64,000 nucleotides of DNA from Ruminiclostridium sp. (GTDB lineage Bacteria; Bacillota; Clostridia; Oscillospirales; Ruminococcaceae), in contig JBJERI010000034.1 in the NCBI GenBank assembly GCA_051882195.1, positions 252-64,251 on the forward strand, given 5' to 3'. Below the pieces are notes generated by a model. That model made no database searches and was not told the DNA's origin. It was given only the letters and a program-made list of their open reading frames with translations. Of this stretch, positions 27,046-34,935 are shown in pieces; the first letter of the stretch is position 1, and every line of letters begins with the position of its first letter. The translations under genes and the position numbers were made by a program.

Positions 27046-28445
27046 TCAATTGCCTTTTCCAGCGTCCTGTAAAGCATATCCACGTCAATGGGCTTTGCAA
27101 TATGTCCGTTCATTCCTGCGGACAACGACGCCGTTATATCCTCCGCATAGGTGTTGGCGGTCATTGCGTAAATGGGGATTTCCCCTGCGTCATTGCGGTC
27201 AAGACTGCGGATTTTCCTTGCGGCGTCCAGTCCGCCCATTTCAGGCATTTGCAGATCCATCAGAATACAGCAATAAGTGCGCGGCGGATTGCTTTCAAAC
27301 AGCTTTACCGCTTCAATTCCGTTTTCGGCGGCGTCAACGCCCATATTCACCAGTTCAAGCAAATCCCTTGCTATCTCCGCATTGAACTCATTATCCTCAG
27401 CAAGAATTACCTTATATCCCGTAAAATCGTATTGTTTTTCACTGACCGCAGGAGCGTTAATCGCATTTTTCTCGCCGCCTGTTTTTCCCGTTAAGCCAAA
27501 GGGCAGATCAACGGTAAAGGTTGTTCCCTTGCCATTTTGCGACCTTACGGAAATTGCGCCCTGCATCATATCCACAAGGTTTTTGGCAATGGACAAGCCA
27601 AGTCCGCTGCCCGTATGCTTTTTGGCGGAGTCGCTGCTCTCCTGCTCAAAGGGCTTGAACACTCTGCCAAGCATATCGTCCGACATTCCGCAGCCCGTAT
27701 CCGCTACCGCAAACCGCAGGTATGCGTCATTGCCGCTGCGGTTTATTTCGCTTACGGTTGAATCAAGTCTGCGCATAAACTCGTCGTTATGCTTTCCCGT
27801 AATGAAATAGAAAGGCTCGGAGCAGAAACAGCTTAAAATCCTGCATTCGGGGTCCACAACAAGAGCGCCTATTACAATTCCGTCCGCCGCTCCTTTTTTC
27901 AGTGCGTCGTAACATTCGGTATAGGAATCGTACTGGCAGGGAATATAGGAAAAGCCCGATTTTCCCGCAAATTCCGCCAGCTTTGTGTTGAAGTAGTTGC
28001 CTTTGAGCATTGCCACTCTCATTCCCTCAAAGGAGGAAAAATCGTTGTAGAAAAATCTGCCGTCCTCTGCACGGCAGCAAAGAGCGCCCGTTTCAATTCC
28101 CGCAACAAAGTCGCTGAAAAGATATTTCTGCTCACGGTCGGCGTTTTTCTTTACATGGCACACCAAATCAAGCTGACCATTATCCAGCATTTCCATTATC
28201 TCGTCAAGAGTTCCGCCTACATATTCGTACTGCCAGTTGTTCCGCTTGGCAATTTCGTCAAGGAGCACCGTTTCATAGCCCTTTACGTTTCCCTCCTCAT
28301 CAAAAGTGAATATGGAGCCGTTTGCTACATAGCCTACTCTGATTATTTCGGGGGCGCTTTCTGCGGAAACAGGTATGTAAAGCATTACAAAGCTAAGGGC
28401 AATAAGCAGACAGATTATTCTCTGTAAAATATTTTTATGAAGCAT
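27018..28445 (-). CDS. Solute-binding domain fused directly to the C-terminal half of HATPase_c plus a REC domain; an apparently internally deleted hybrid histidine kinase
   Basis: Signal peptide plus an SBP_bac_3-like domain (IIRVGYVANGSIF...) runs straight into ...LRFAVADTGCGMS (G1 box) and GSGLGLSI (G2). A receiver follows (ILAEDNEFN...ILMDLQMPEMGG...AMTAN...KP). No TM segment, H-box or N-box is visible. Confidence 0.75.
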   Translation of the reverse strand: MLHKNILQRIICLLIALSFVMLYIPVSAESAPEIIRVGYVANGSIFTFDEEGNVKGYETVLLDEIAKRNNWQYEYVGGTLDEIMEMLDNGQLDLVCHVKKNADREQKYLFSDFVAGIETGALCCRAEDGRFFYNDFSSFEGMRVAMLKGNYFNTKLAEFAGKSGFSYIPCQYDSYTECYDALKKGAADGIVIGALVVDPECRILSCFCSEPFYFITGKHNDEFMRRLDSTVSEINRSGNDAYLRFAVADTGCGMSDDMLGRVFKPFEQESSDSAKKHTGSGLGLSIAKNLVDMMQGAISVRSQNGKGTTFTVDLPFGLTGKTGGEKNAINAPAVSEKQYDFTGYKVILAEDNEFNAEIARDLLELVNMGVDAAENGIEAVKLFESNPPRTYCCILMDLQMPEMGGLDAARKIRSLDRNDAGEIPIYAMTANTYAEDITASLSAGMNGHIAKPIDVDMLYRTLEKAIEGTAAPLNP

Positions 28446-28688
28446 AGCTTTCTTCCTTTATGGTGGGTGTTCCGGCTTTTGTTCGCAGATATAATTCTAT
28501 ATATCGTTTTACCATATTTTTGTATAAATTTCAACCGCATTTTCAATTATACTAAATAAAAAGACATTGCCTCTGCCGAATATTCTCGAAAAGGTTTATT
28601 GTCCTGCCAAAAGTACAATGAAAATTCATCCTGTGTACATTGCCGAAAAAATATGATATACTGTTTATATATTCAAAAGGAGGATTTT

Positions 28689-30191
28689 ATGAGCAAGGAA
28701 CATTCTTATATCGCAATAGACTTAAAGTCCTTCTATGCCTCGGTGGAGTGTGTGGAAAGGGGACTTGACCCTCTTGACGCAAATCTTGTGGTTGCCGACC
28801 CCACGAGGACGGAAAAAACAATCTGCCTTGCGGTTTCTCCCGCTTTAAAGGCTTACGGAATAGGCGGCAGAGCAAGGCTTTTCGAGGTTGTACAAAAGGT
28901 GCGGAAAATCAACGCAGATCGCAGCTATTCCGCTCCCAAGCACACCTTTACGGGAAAATCATTCAGCGACAGGGAGCTTAAAGCAAATCCCGCCCTTGAG
29001 CTTGACTATATCGTTGCGCCGCCCCAAATGGCGCACTATATGGACGTAAGCACACAGATTTACAACATTTATCTCAGATATATCGCCCCCGAGGACATTC
29101 ACGTTTATTCAATAGACGAGGTTTTCATTGACGCCGCGCCCTACCTTAAAACCTACAGGGTTACTCCGAGAGGACTTGCTATGCTGCTTATAAAGGCGGT
29201 ACTTGCGGAAACGGGAATTACCGCAACGGCAGGAGTGGGCACAAATCTTTACCTCTGCAAGGTGGCAATGGACATTGTGGCAAAGCACATTCCACCCGAT
29301 GAAAACGGAGTGCGTATTGCGGAGCTGGACGAAATGTCCTACCGCCGTCAGCTTTGGAATCACCGTCCCCTTACGGATTTCTGGCGGGTGGGAAAAGGCT
29401 ATGCCGCAAAGCTGGAAGCAAAGGGGCTTTACACAATGGGTGACATTGCCCGCTGCTCTCTTGGCGGCAAGGGGGATTATTACAGCGAGGATATGCTGTA
29501 CAAGCTTTTCGGGGTAAATGCGGAGCTGCTTATCGACCACGCATGGGGCTTTGAATCCTGCACCATAGCCCACATAAAGGCTTACCGCCCCGAAAGCAGC
29601 AGCCTAACCTCGGGGCAGGTGCTGCAAACGCCCTATACCTTTGAAAAGGGCTTGCTTATCGTCCGTGAAATGGCAGATCTGCTCACCCTTGATATGGTGG
29701 AAAAGGGAGTTGTCGCCGACCAGCTTGTGCTTACCGTGGGCTATGACAACGAGGGAGCGGAAAATTACAGCGGAGAAACCGTCCTTGACCCCTACGGCAG
29801 AAGTATTCCCAAATCCGCCCACGGCTCGGCAAATTTAGGCAGATTTACCTCCTCCACAAGGACTATTGTGGAAGCGGCGGCGGAGCTTTACGGGCGCATT
29901 GTGAACAGAGATTTGCTGATACGCAGAATGTACGTTGTGGCAAATCACGTTACAAGCGAGCGTTTCATAAAGGAAGAGCCCAAGCAGCTCGATTTCTTCA
30001 GCGACTATACCGAATTTGACGAGGAGCAGAGCCAACTTGAGCAAAGGGAAAGCCGTGAGCGGAACGTTCAGCAGGCAATAATCAGAATAAAGCATAAATA
30101 CGGCAAAAACTCGGTGCTTAAGGGAATGAACTTAGAGGAGGGCGCAACTACCGTTATGCGCAACGGACAAGTGGGAGGTCACAAGGCATGA
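28689..30191 (+). CDS. Y-family (UmuC/ImpB-like) translesion DNA polymerase
   Basis: MSKEHSYIAIDLKSFYASVECVERGLDP..., then YSIDEVFID. 500 aa from the ATG at 28689 (AAAGGAGG SD). Confidence 0.9.
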   Translation: MSKEHSYIAIDLKSFYASVECVERGLDPLDANLVVADPTRTEKTICLAVSPALKAYGIGGRARLFEVVQKVRKINADRSYSAPKHTFTGKSFSDRELKANPALELDYIVAPPQMAHYMDVSTQIYNIYLRYIAPEDIHVYSIDEVFIDAAPYLKTYRVTPRGLAMLLIKAVLAETGITATAGVGTNLYLCKVAMDIVAKHIPPDENGVRIAELDEMSYRRQLWNHRPLTDFWRVGKGYAAKLEAKGLYTMGDIARCSLGGKGDYYSEDMLYKLFGVNAELLIDHAWGFESCTIAHIKAYRPESSSLTSGQVLQTPYTFEKGLLIVREMADLLTLDMVEKGVVADQLVLTVGYDNEGAENYSGETVLDPYGRSIPKSAHGSANLGRFTSSTRTIVEAAAELYGRIVNRDLLIRRMYVVANHVTSERFIKEEPKQLDFFSDYTEFDEEQSQLEQRESRERNVQQAIIRIKHKYGKNSVLKGMNLEEGATTVMRNGQVGGHKA

Positions 30192-30610
30192 GCGTTTATT
30201 ACGACGGCAGGGACAGCTACGAGGACATTATAAATCTGCCCCGCCACGTTTCAAAAACAAGACCCCCAATGAGCCAAAGCGCACGGGCGGCTCAGTTTTC
30301 CTCCTTTGCGGCTCTTAAGGGCTACGATGACGAGGTAGCCGAGGCGGCAAGGCTTACCTGCAAAAAGCGGCAGCTTACCGACGACCAAAAAGCCGCTCTT
30401 GATATGAAGCTTAACCTGCTTATCGAAAAGGCGGCGGAAAGACCCTTTGTGGAGATTTGTTATTTTGTGCCCGACGAGAAAAAGGAGGGCGGCTTTTACG
30501 CCACCCTCTGCGGAGAATTCCGCCGTTTTGACGAGGCGGAGCGGAAAATTTGCCTGACGGACGGGACGGTAATAGGTATTGACGACATTTTCAGTATGGG
30601 GGAAAGGTGA
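30188..30610 (+). CDS. YolD-like protein, the accessory partner of Firmicute Y-family polymerases
   Basis: 140 aa with a 4-nt ATGA overlap with the polymerase gene. Size and position match the uvrX-yolD and yqjW-yqzH pairs. The family call is from memory. Confidence 0.7.
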   Translation: MSVYYDGRDSYEDIINLPRHVSKTRPPMSQSARAAQFSSFAALKGYDDEVAEAARLTCKKRQLTDDQKAALDMKLNLLIEKAAERPFVEICYFVPDEKKEGGFYATLCGEFRRFDEAERKICLTDGTVIGIDDIFSMGER

Positions 30611-30962
30611 TTGGGGGCTGCTCGCCCCCTTTTGATTTGCCCTCGCTATTGTCGAAAGGGGTTGCCCTTTTGGACCCGTTTTGTGTTTGTTTGGATTTGT
30701 AAGTTGGTTTTGAGGGGGCTGCTCGCCCCCTTTTTTACCCCTCGTTTTTTGTGTTTGTTGTGGTTTATATGTTGGTTGAAAGGGGGCTACTCGCCCCCTC
30801 AAAACCAACATAAAAATCAAAACCCACACCAAGCACAAACATAATAAAAGAACAAAAAAAGCAAAAACATCTCCACTTCCACCAACAACTTTAAAAAAGC
30901 CACAACACCGACCGCAATTCCAAAAAACAAAATCCTTTTTAGAAAAGTGCCGCCAAGCACTA

Positions 30963-31071
30963 CACCCCTTGAGACTTGCGAAGCAAGTCTCTCAAGCCCC
31001 TCGCGGCAATTGAGCGAGTGCCTTTCTTTCCCCATTTCTTTGGGCAATCAAAGAAATGGGCGAGGGGTTAT
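30963..31071. other. Conserved three-hairpin core, copy A (candidate structured RNA or DNA element)
   Basis: CACCCCTTGAGACTTGCGAAGCAAGTCTC...CCCATTTCTTTGGGCAATCAAAGAAATGGGCGAGGGGTTAT. Confidence 0.4.
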
Positions 31072-31284
31072 CGCTCCGCTATAACAAGAAATAAGGCTAT
31101 CAAGGGGGCGAGCAGCCCCCTCAAAACCAACATAAAAATCAAAACCCACACCAAGCACAAACATAATAAAAGAACAAAAAAAGCAAAAACATCTCCACTT
31201 CCACCAACAACTTTAAAAAAGCCACAACACCGACCGCAATTTCAAAAAACAAAATCCTTTTTAGAAAAGTGCCGCCAAGCACTA

Positions 31285-31396
31285 CACCCCTTGAAACTCG
31301 CCAAAGGCGAGTTTCACAAAGCCCCTCGCGGCGAATGAGCGAGTGCATTTCTTTCCCCATTTCTTTGGGCAATCAAAGAAATGGGCGAGGGGTTAT
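31285..31396. other. Conserved three-hairpin core, copy B
   Basis: H1 at 31293-31315, H2 at 31325-31343, H3 at 31356-31385. The alternative closing helix is 31322-31329 with 31385-31392. Confidence 0.4.
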
Positions 31397-31609
31397 CGAT
31401 ACCTTATAATCAAATCCAACGCAATCAAGGGGGCGAGCAGCCCCCTTTAAACCAAGTCGAAAATTACAAAAACACAAAACGGAATAAAAAGGGGTGAGCA
31501 GCCCTCTTTTAAACCAACCCCAAAAACCAAACCAAACTCAAAACGGGGTCAAAAGGGGCAACCCCTTTCGACTATAGCGAGGGCAAATCAAAAAGGGGCG
31601 AGCAGCCCC

Positions 31610-32722
31610 TTAATTATTTTTAACTATTCGTTTCGCATAGACCTCGCAGGTGGCCGCATTCATTGTAATAACATAATAGTCTCCGTTAAGGTATGTAAAG
31701 ATAAGGTCGCACAGTCGCACATCGTCGCCGAATTCCTCCGGTGAATGAGCCTCGCCGTCAATGCCTATAAAGGTTTCGTAGGGGGCATACAGCTTGTATT
31801 CGGGAATTTCGTCAACGAAGTAGGTGGTATCGTCAATGTACATAAGGGCAACCGTCTGGCATATTTCAATGCTGAACAGACCGTTGTTTATGAGAATCTG
31901 GTTAAGTCCCTGTGTGCGGATTGCCTTTGCGTCAACCTTGCCCGTGTAATACTCGTAAACCTCGTCCCCGATAACCATACGGACAAAAGGCTCTGCCTCC
32001 TTGCCGTCGGATATTACCGCATACAAATCCGACTCAATGCGCAGGAAAGGCTGACCCGAGCGGTCGAAAAAGGTAACGCTTTCCGCAACTGCGGTATAGC
32101 CCACGTGCTTCTGCTGCCACTTTTTGAAGGCTTTTTTCTCCTTTTCAAGCTGACTGTCGCTTACCTTGGTGAACTTCATATTGTTGAACTGCTCAATAAG
32201 GCTGTTTACATATTCCTCGTTTATAAAAAGCGCCGAGTCGTCATGGTAGTATTTGCTCAGCGAAACCGTTTCGGGAGTGTATGAAGCGGTTAGAATTTTT
32301 GCAGGATCAAGCCTTGGAGTATAGGTTTCGGGACCCGACTTTGTGGTTTCGGCGGGAGTGGTAGTGGCTGCTGTGGTTGCTTCGGTGGGAGGAGCGGTTA
32401 CCGCCTCGGGAGTGGTGGTAACGGCGATTGCCGTTGTGGTTTCGGTAACGGGAGCGGTTGTCGTAACCGGAGCAGTGGTGGTAACAGCCGTTGTTGTGGC
32501 TGCGGTAGTAGTGGTTGTTTTCGGCGTGGTGGTAACGGCGGTAGTAGTTGCGGAGGTTTGGGCAGATTCGGTGAATGGTGGCTCGCTTTCGGCAGTCGAC
32601 GTTTCCGTATGGGAATCCGTGAGAACAGGCTCCGTCTGCTGTTCTGTATTATCAGTGCAGGCGGTGAAAAGCAAAGCGATTGCCGTTATCAGAGCCAATA
32701 TATATAATCTGATTTTAGCCAT
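31610..32722 (-). CDS. Lipoprotein of unknown function with a Thr/Ala/Pro-rich linker
   Basis: Lipobox LLFTAC after a signal peptide. About 110 aa of T/A/P low complexity is followed by a globular C-terminal domain. Confidence 0.75.
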   Translation of the reverse strand: MAKIRLYILALITAIALLFTACTDNTEQQTEPVLTDSHTETSTAESEPPFTESAQTSATTTAVTTTPKTTTTTAATTTAVTTTAPVTTTAPVTETTTAIAVTTTPEAVTAPPTEATTAATTTPAETTKSGPETYTPRLDPAKILTASYTPETVSLSKYYHDDSALFINEEYVNSLIEQFNNMKFTKVSDSQLEKEKKAFKKWQQKHVGYTAVAESVTFFDRSGQPFLRIESDLYAVISDGKEAEPFVRMVIGDEVYEYYTGKVDAKAIRTQGLNQILINNGLFSIEICQTVALMYIDDTTYFVDEIPEYKLYAPYETFIGIDGEAHSPEEFGDDVRLCDLIFTYLNGDYYVITMNAATCEVYAKRIVKNN

Positions 32723-32820
32723 CAGCGGTTATTTTCTCCTTTGTAAATGTGGGATTATTTATATTGTACCACATTTTAGGAAGCTTTTCAATCTAAATTA
32801 TGTGAATTTCTCAAACTTAT

Positions 32821-32857
32821 GAAAAAATTAAGACCTGCCGCTTTACCGACAGGTCTT
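32821..32857 (-). terminator. Intrinsic terminator after the zinc-ribbon membrane protein gene
   Basis: AAGACCTG-N12-CAGGTCTT, followed on the minus strand by AATTTTTT. Confidence 0.7.
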
Positions 32858-32876
32858 TAAGTTATTCTGTTAAGGC

Positions 32877-34730
32877 TCAGCTAAGCTTTACTTCTACAAT
32901 GCTGTCGTCGCCGTCTGCAAGATATTCCACATCCCTTGTAATATCTGACGCATTTTCAAGTCTGCTGATGCTGATGTTGTAATCTGTTGCGCTGATTTCC
33001 TGTGTCGAGCTCTTTACCAGAGGTGAATATACCTTTGCGTAAATGTAAATAGTAACTTCACCGTCAGTTTCGCTGTCCTTTACCTTGCATTCGTAGGGAA
33101 TTACGAATACATAATTGTTGCTTCTCTTGGAGGTGCATACGAAGTAAGCCTTCTTGCTTACCTTGCAGCTTGTTACCTCCTGGTCATAGCAGGTGAAGCT
33201 CCATGAGTCGTGAACCATATATGACCAGTCGTTGTAGATATAATCTTCAATCTTATCGGTAATGGACTCTGCAAAGGTCTTTACGCTGTCCTTATCGAAC
33301 TGCTTTTCGGAAGTGATGTATCTGTCAAGCAGACCGCCGTCAACTGTGATTTCCTTGGTTACGTTCTTGAAGATAACGCCGTTTGTTGCATAATCGTCAG
33401 GCTCAACCGCATTGTAGCCGCCTGTTACTGTGAAATTGATTGTGTCGTTGCCGGAAATGTTCCAGGTCTTGTCACATTCAATGTAGAATGAGCCGATATA
33501 CTGTCCATCGTCATAGCTGCTTTCAGTGCCGTCAACAACTGTAAGAGTTGATGAAGGTGTGGCAGTTAAGCTTGAAAGCGTGAAATAGCTGCTGTCGGGA
33601 TAATCAACTGTAAGCTTGATATTGCCTACCGTTACTTCGGTTTCGGGCCAGCTGAATTTTAACTCTGCACTGCCGTCAACGCCTGTGATGTCAAATTCAA
33701 CGTAGTCGAATACGTCAAACTCCTCAGCCTCGCCAAGACCGCTTACTGTAAATACAGCTTCGGTTTCCTCGTCAACAAACCAGCCGTACTTGTCAAGGAG
33801 AGTATCAGATGTGCTTGAATCGGCGGAAATTGTTACTCTGAATTCATCGCCGTTCTTAAGAGTACCCTCTGAACCGGGAGTGTTGATGCTGATTGAATAA
33901 TAATCGTCTGCGTAAACGTAGCTGCCCCAGCTCTTTGTAATATTGAATGGGAGAGCGTTGTCCTTTATCTTCAGCTCAACGCAGCCTGCGCCATCGAAAC
34001 CTACAAATTCTGCGTCGAAAATGTCGTTTGCAGAGAAGCCCTTTGGTTCTTCAAGACCTGCAACGGTGTATTCGATCGTGTCGTTGCCGCTGAGAGAAAT
34101 GCCCGATTTCTTTGCGATTGTTTCAAGGTTCTTGATCTTGAATACAACCTTTTCGCCGTTGGAAGCCTTTCTTGTGTTGCCGTCAACGTCAAATACAATA
34201 TTGTTAAGCTGATACCATGACTCAAGATTCTTAAGGGAAAGCTTGTCAAGTCCGTCAACGCCGTAAACGTCCTTAAGCAGCTTTTCGGAGTCGATTTCGT
34301 ATGTAACGTGACCGTAGCCGTTGTAGCCGTCTGCGGTAATTTCAACATACTTTGTAAGGTCGACCTTGCTTGCAATGCTTACAAGAACAACGATAAGCAC
34401 GATAAGCACAATAAGACCTGCAAGACCGATACCGCCGAACATAAGCAGCTTCTTGTTCTTCTGGAAGAAGCTTGGACCTGCGGGAGCGGGTGCGGGTGCA
34501 GGCGCAGGAGCAGGTGCGGGCGCAGGCGCAGGAGCGGGAGCTTCCTGTGTTGCTGTCTGAGCGGCAGCGGGAGCGGGATTTGCCTGCGGAGCGGGTGTTG
34601 GTGCAGGATTTTCCTGCGGAGCGGGTGCAGGATTAACAGGTGCGGAGTCAGACTTTTTCAGCCATGTGCCGCACTGGGGACATACGTTTGAATTGTCGGG
34701 TATTTGTTTACCGCAATTACTACAGAACAT
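32877..34730 (-). CDS. Zinc-ribbon / Pro-Ala linker / single-TM protein with a large repetitive extracellular region; function unknown
   Basis: N-terminus CSNCG...CPQCG, a (PA)n tract, a TM helix (GGIGLAGLIVLIVLIVVLVSI), then repeated modules of the type Y/F-VE-x-x-x-G-x-DG-x-x-x-x-EL. Confidence 0.75.
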   Translation of the reverse strand: MFCSNCGKQIPDNSNVCPQCGTWLKKSDSAPVNPAPAPQENPAPTPAPQANPAPAAAQTATQEAPAPAPAPAPAPAPAPAPAPAGPSFFQKNKKLLMFGGIGLAGLIVLIVLIVVLVSIASKVDLTKYVEITADGYNGYGHVTYEIDSEKLLKDVYGVDGLDKLSLKNLESWYQLNNIVFDVDGNTRKASNGEKVVFKIKNLETIAKKSGISLSGNDTIEYTVAGLEEPKGFSANDIFDAEFVGFDGAGCVELKIKDNALPFNITKSWGSYVYADDYYSISINTPGSEGTLKNGDEFRVTISADSSTSDTLLDKYGWFVDEETEAVFTVSGLGEAEEFDVFDYVEFDITGVDGSAELKFSWPETEVTVGNIKLTVDYPDSSYFTLSSLTATPSSTLTVVDGTESSYDDGQYIGSFYIECDKTWNISGNDTINFTVTGGYNAVEPDDYATNGVIFKNVTKEITVDGGLLDRYITSEKQFDKDSVKTFAESITDKIEDYIYNDWSYMVHDSWSFTCYDQEVTSCKVSKKAYFVCTSKRSNNYVFVIPYECKVKDSETDGEVTIYIYAKVYSPLVKSSTQEISATDYNISISRLENASDITRDVEYLADGDDSIVEVKLS

Positions 34731-34935
34731 CTAATCACCTCATACTGATATTTTTACCACATTATAACACTAAAATATTTAAAAGTCAATATTTGTCGGA
34801 TAAATTGTATAAATGACTAATTATGCCCTTTATTTTGGTGTTTTAAGCACCTTTTCCGCTATTGACAAAGGCTTTTTTTGATGTTACAATTTTAATATGT
34901 ATGCACAGATTTCAAACAATATCAAAGGAAACGCA

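Larger units (their letters stand above)
30611..31609. repeat. Composite foldback repeat: inverted hairpin-chain arms (30613-30798 and 31429-31609) flanking two tandem 322-nt units (30799-31120, 31121-31445)
   Basis: See findings. Hairpins of the GGGGGC-N5-GCCCCC type occur at 30613, 30714, 30782, 31104, 31429, 31491 (degenerate) and 31595. The tandem period of 322 was measured from TCAAAACC at 30799 and 31121. Confidence 0.85.

Noticed and set aside
26840-27385. 181-aa plus-strand ORF
   Set aside because: It starts inside the small gene, runs through the repeat arm, and is antisense to the receiver domain of 27018-28445. The translation is Arg/Pro-rich and looks like non-coding sequence.
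28446-28688. LexA/SOS box upstream of the Y-family polymerase gene
   Set aside because: The closest candidate (CGAATATTCTCG, around 28580-28595) matches the Firmicute CGAAC-N4-GTTCG consensus poorly. No GAAC-N4-GTTC was found by eye. A PWM scan is needed for certainty.
30976-31338. Plus-strand ORFs through the repeat (30976-31338 and 40097-40309, sharing FFPHFFGQSKKWARGY)
   Set aside because: The shared peptide is simply the translated H3 hairpin. The frames diverge outside it, there is no SD, and the composition is low-complexity and basic, typical of translated A/C-rich spacers.
30817-31372. Duplicated 76/77-aa minus-strand ORFs (30817-31047, 31139-31372), which look like a repeated small hydrophobic protein
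   Set aside because: Both start at TTG with no SD. The two copies differ exactly where the H1 hairpin has compensatory changes, giving non-conservative peptide changes. In the third copy (about 40041-40150) the same frame hits a stop after about 40 codons. An RNA or DNA structure explains the conservation better than coding does.
34731-34935. Cobalamin riboswitch upstream of the ECF operon
   Set aside because: The region is only about 200 nt and AT-rich. It has no B12-box-like GCCACTG element and no multi-stem structure.
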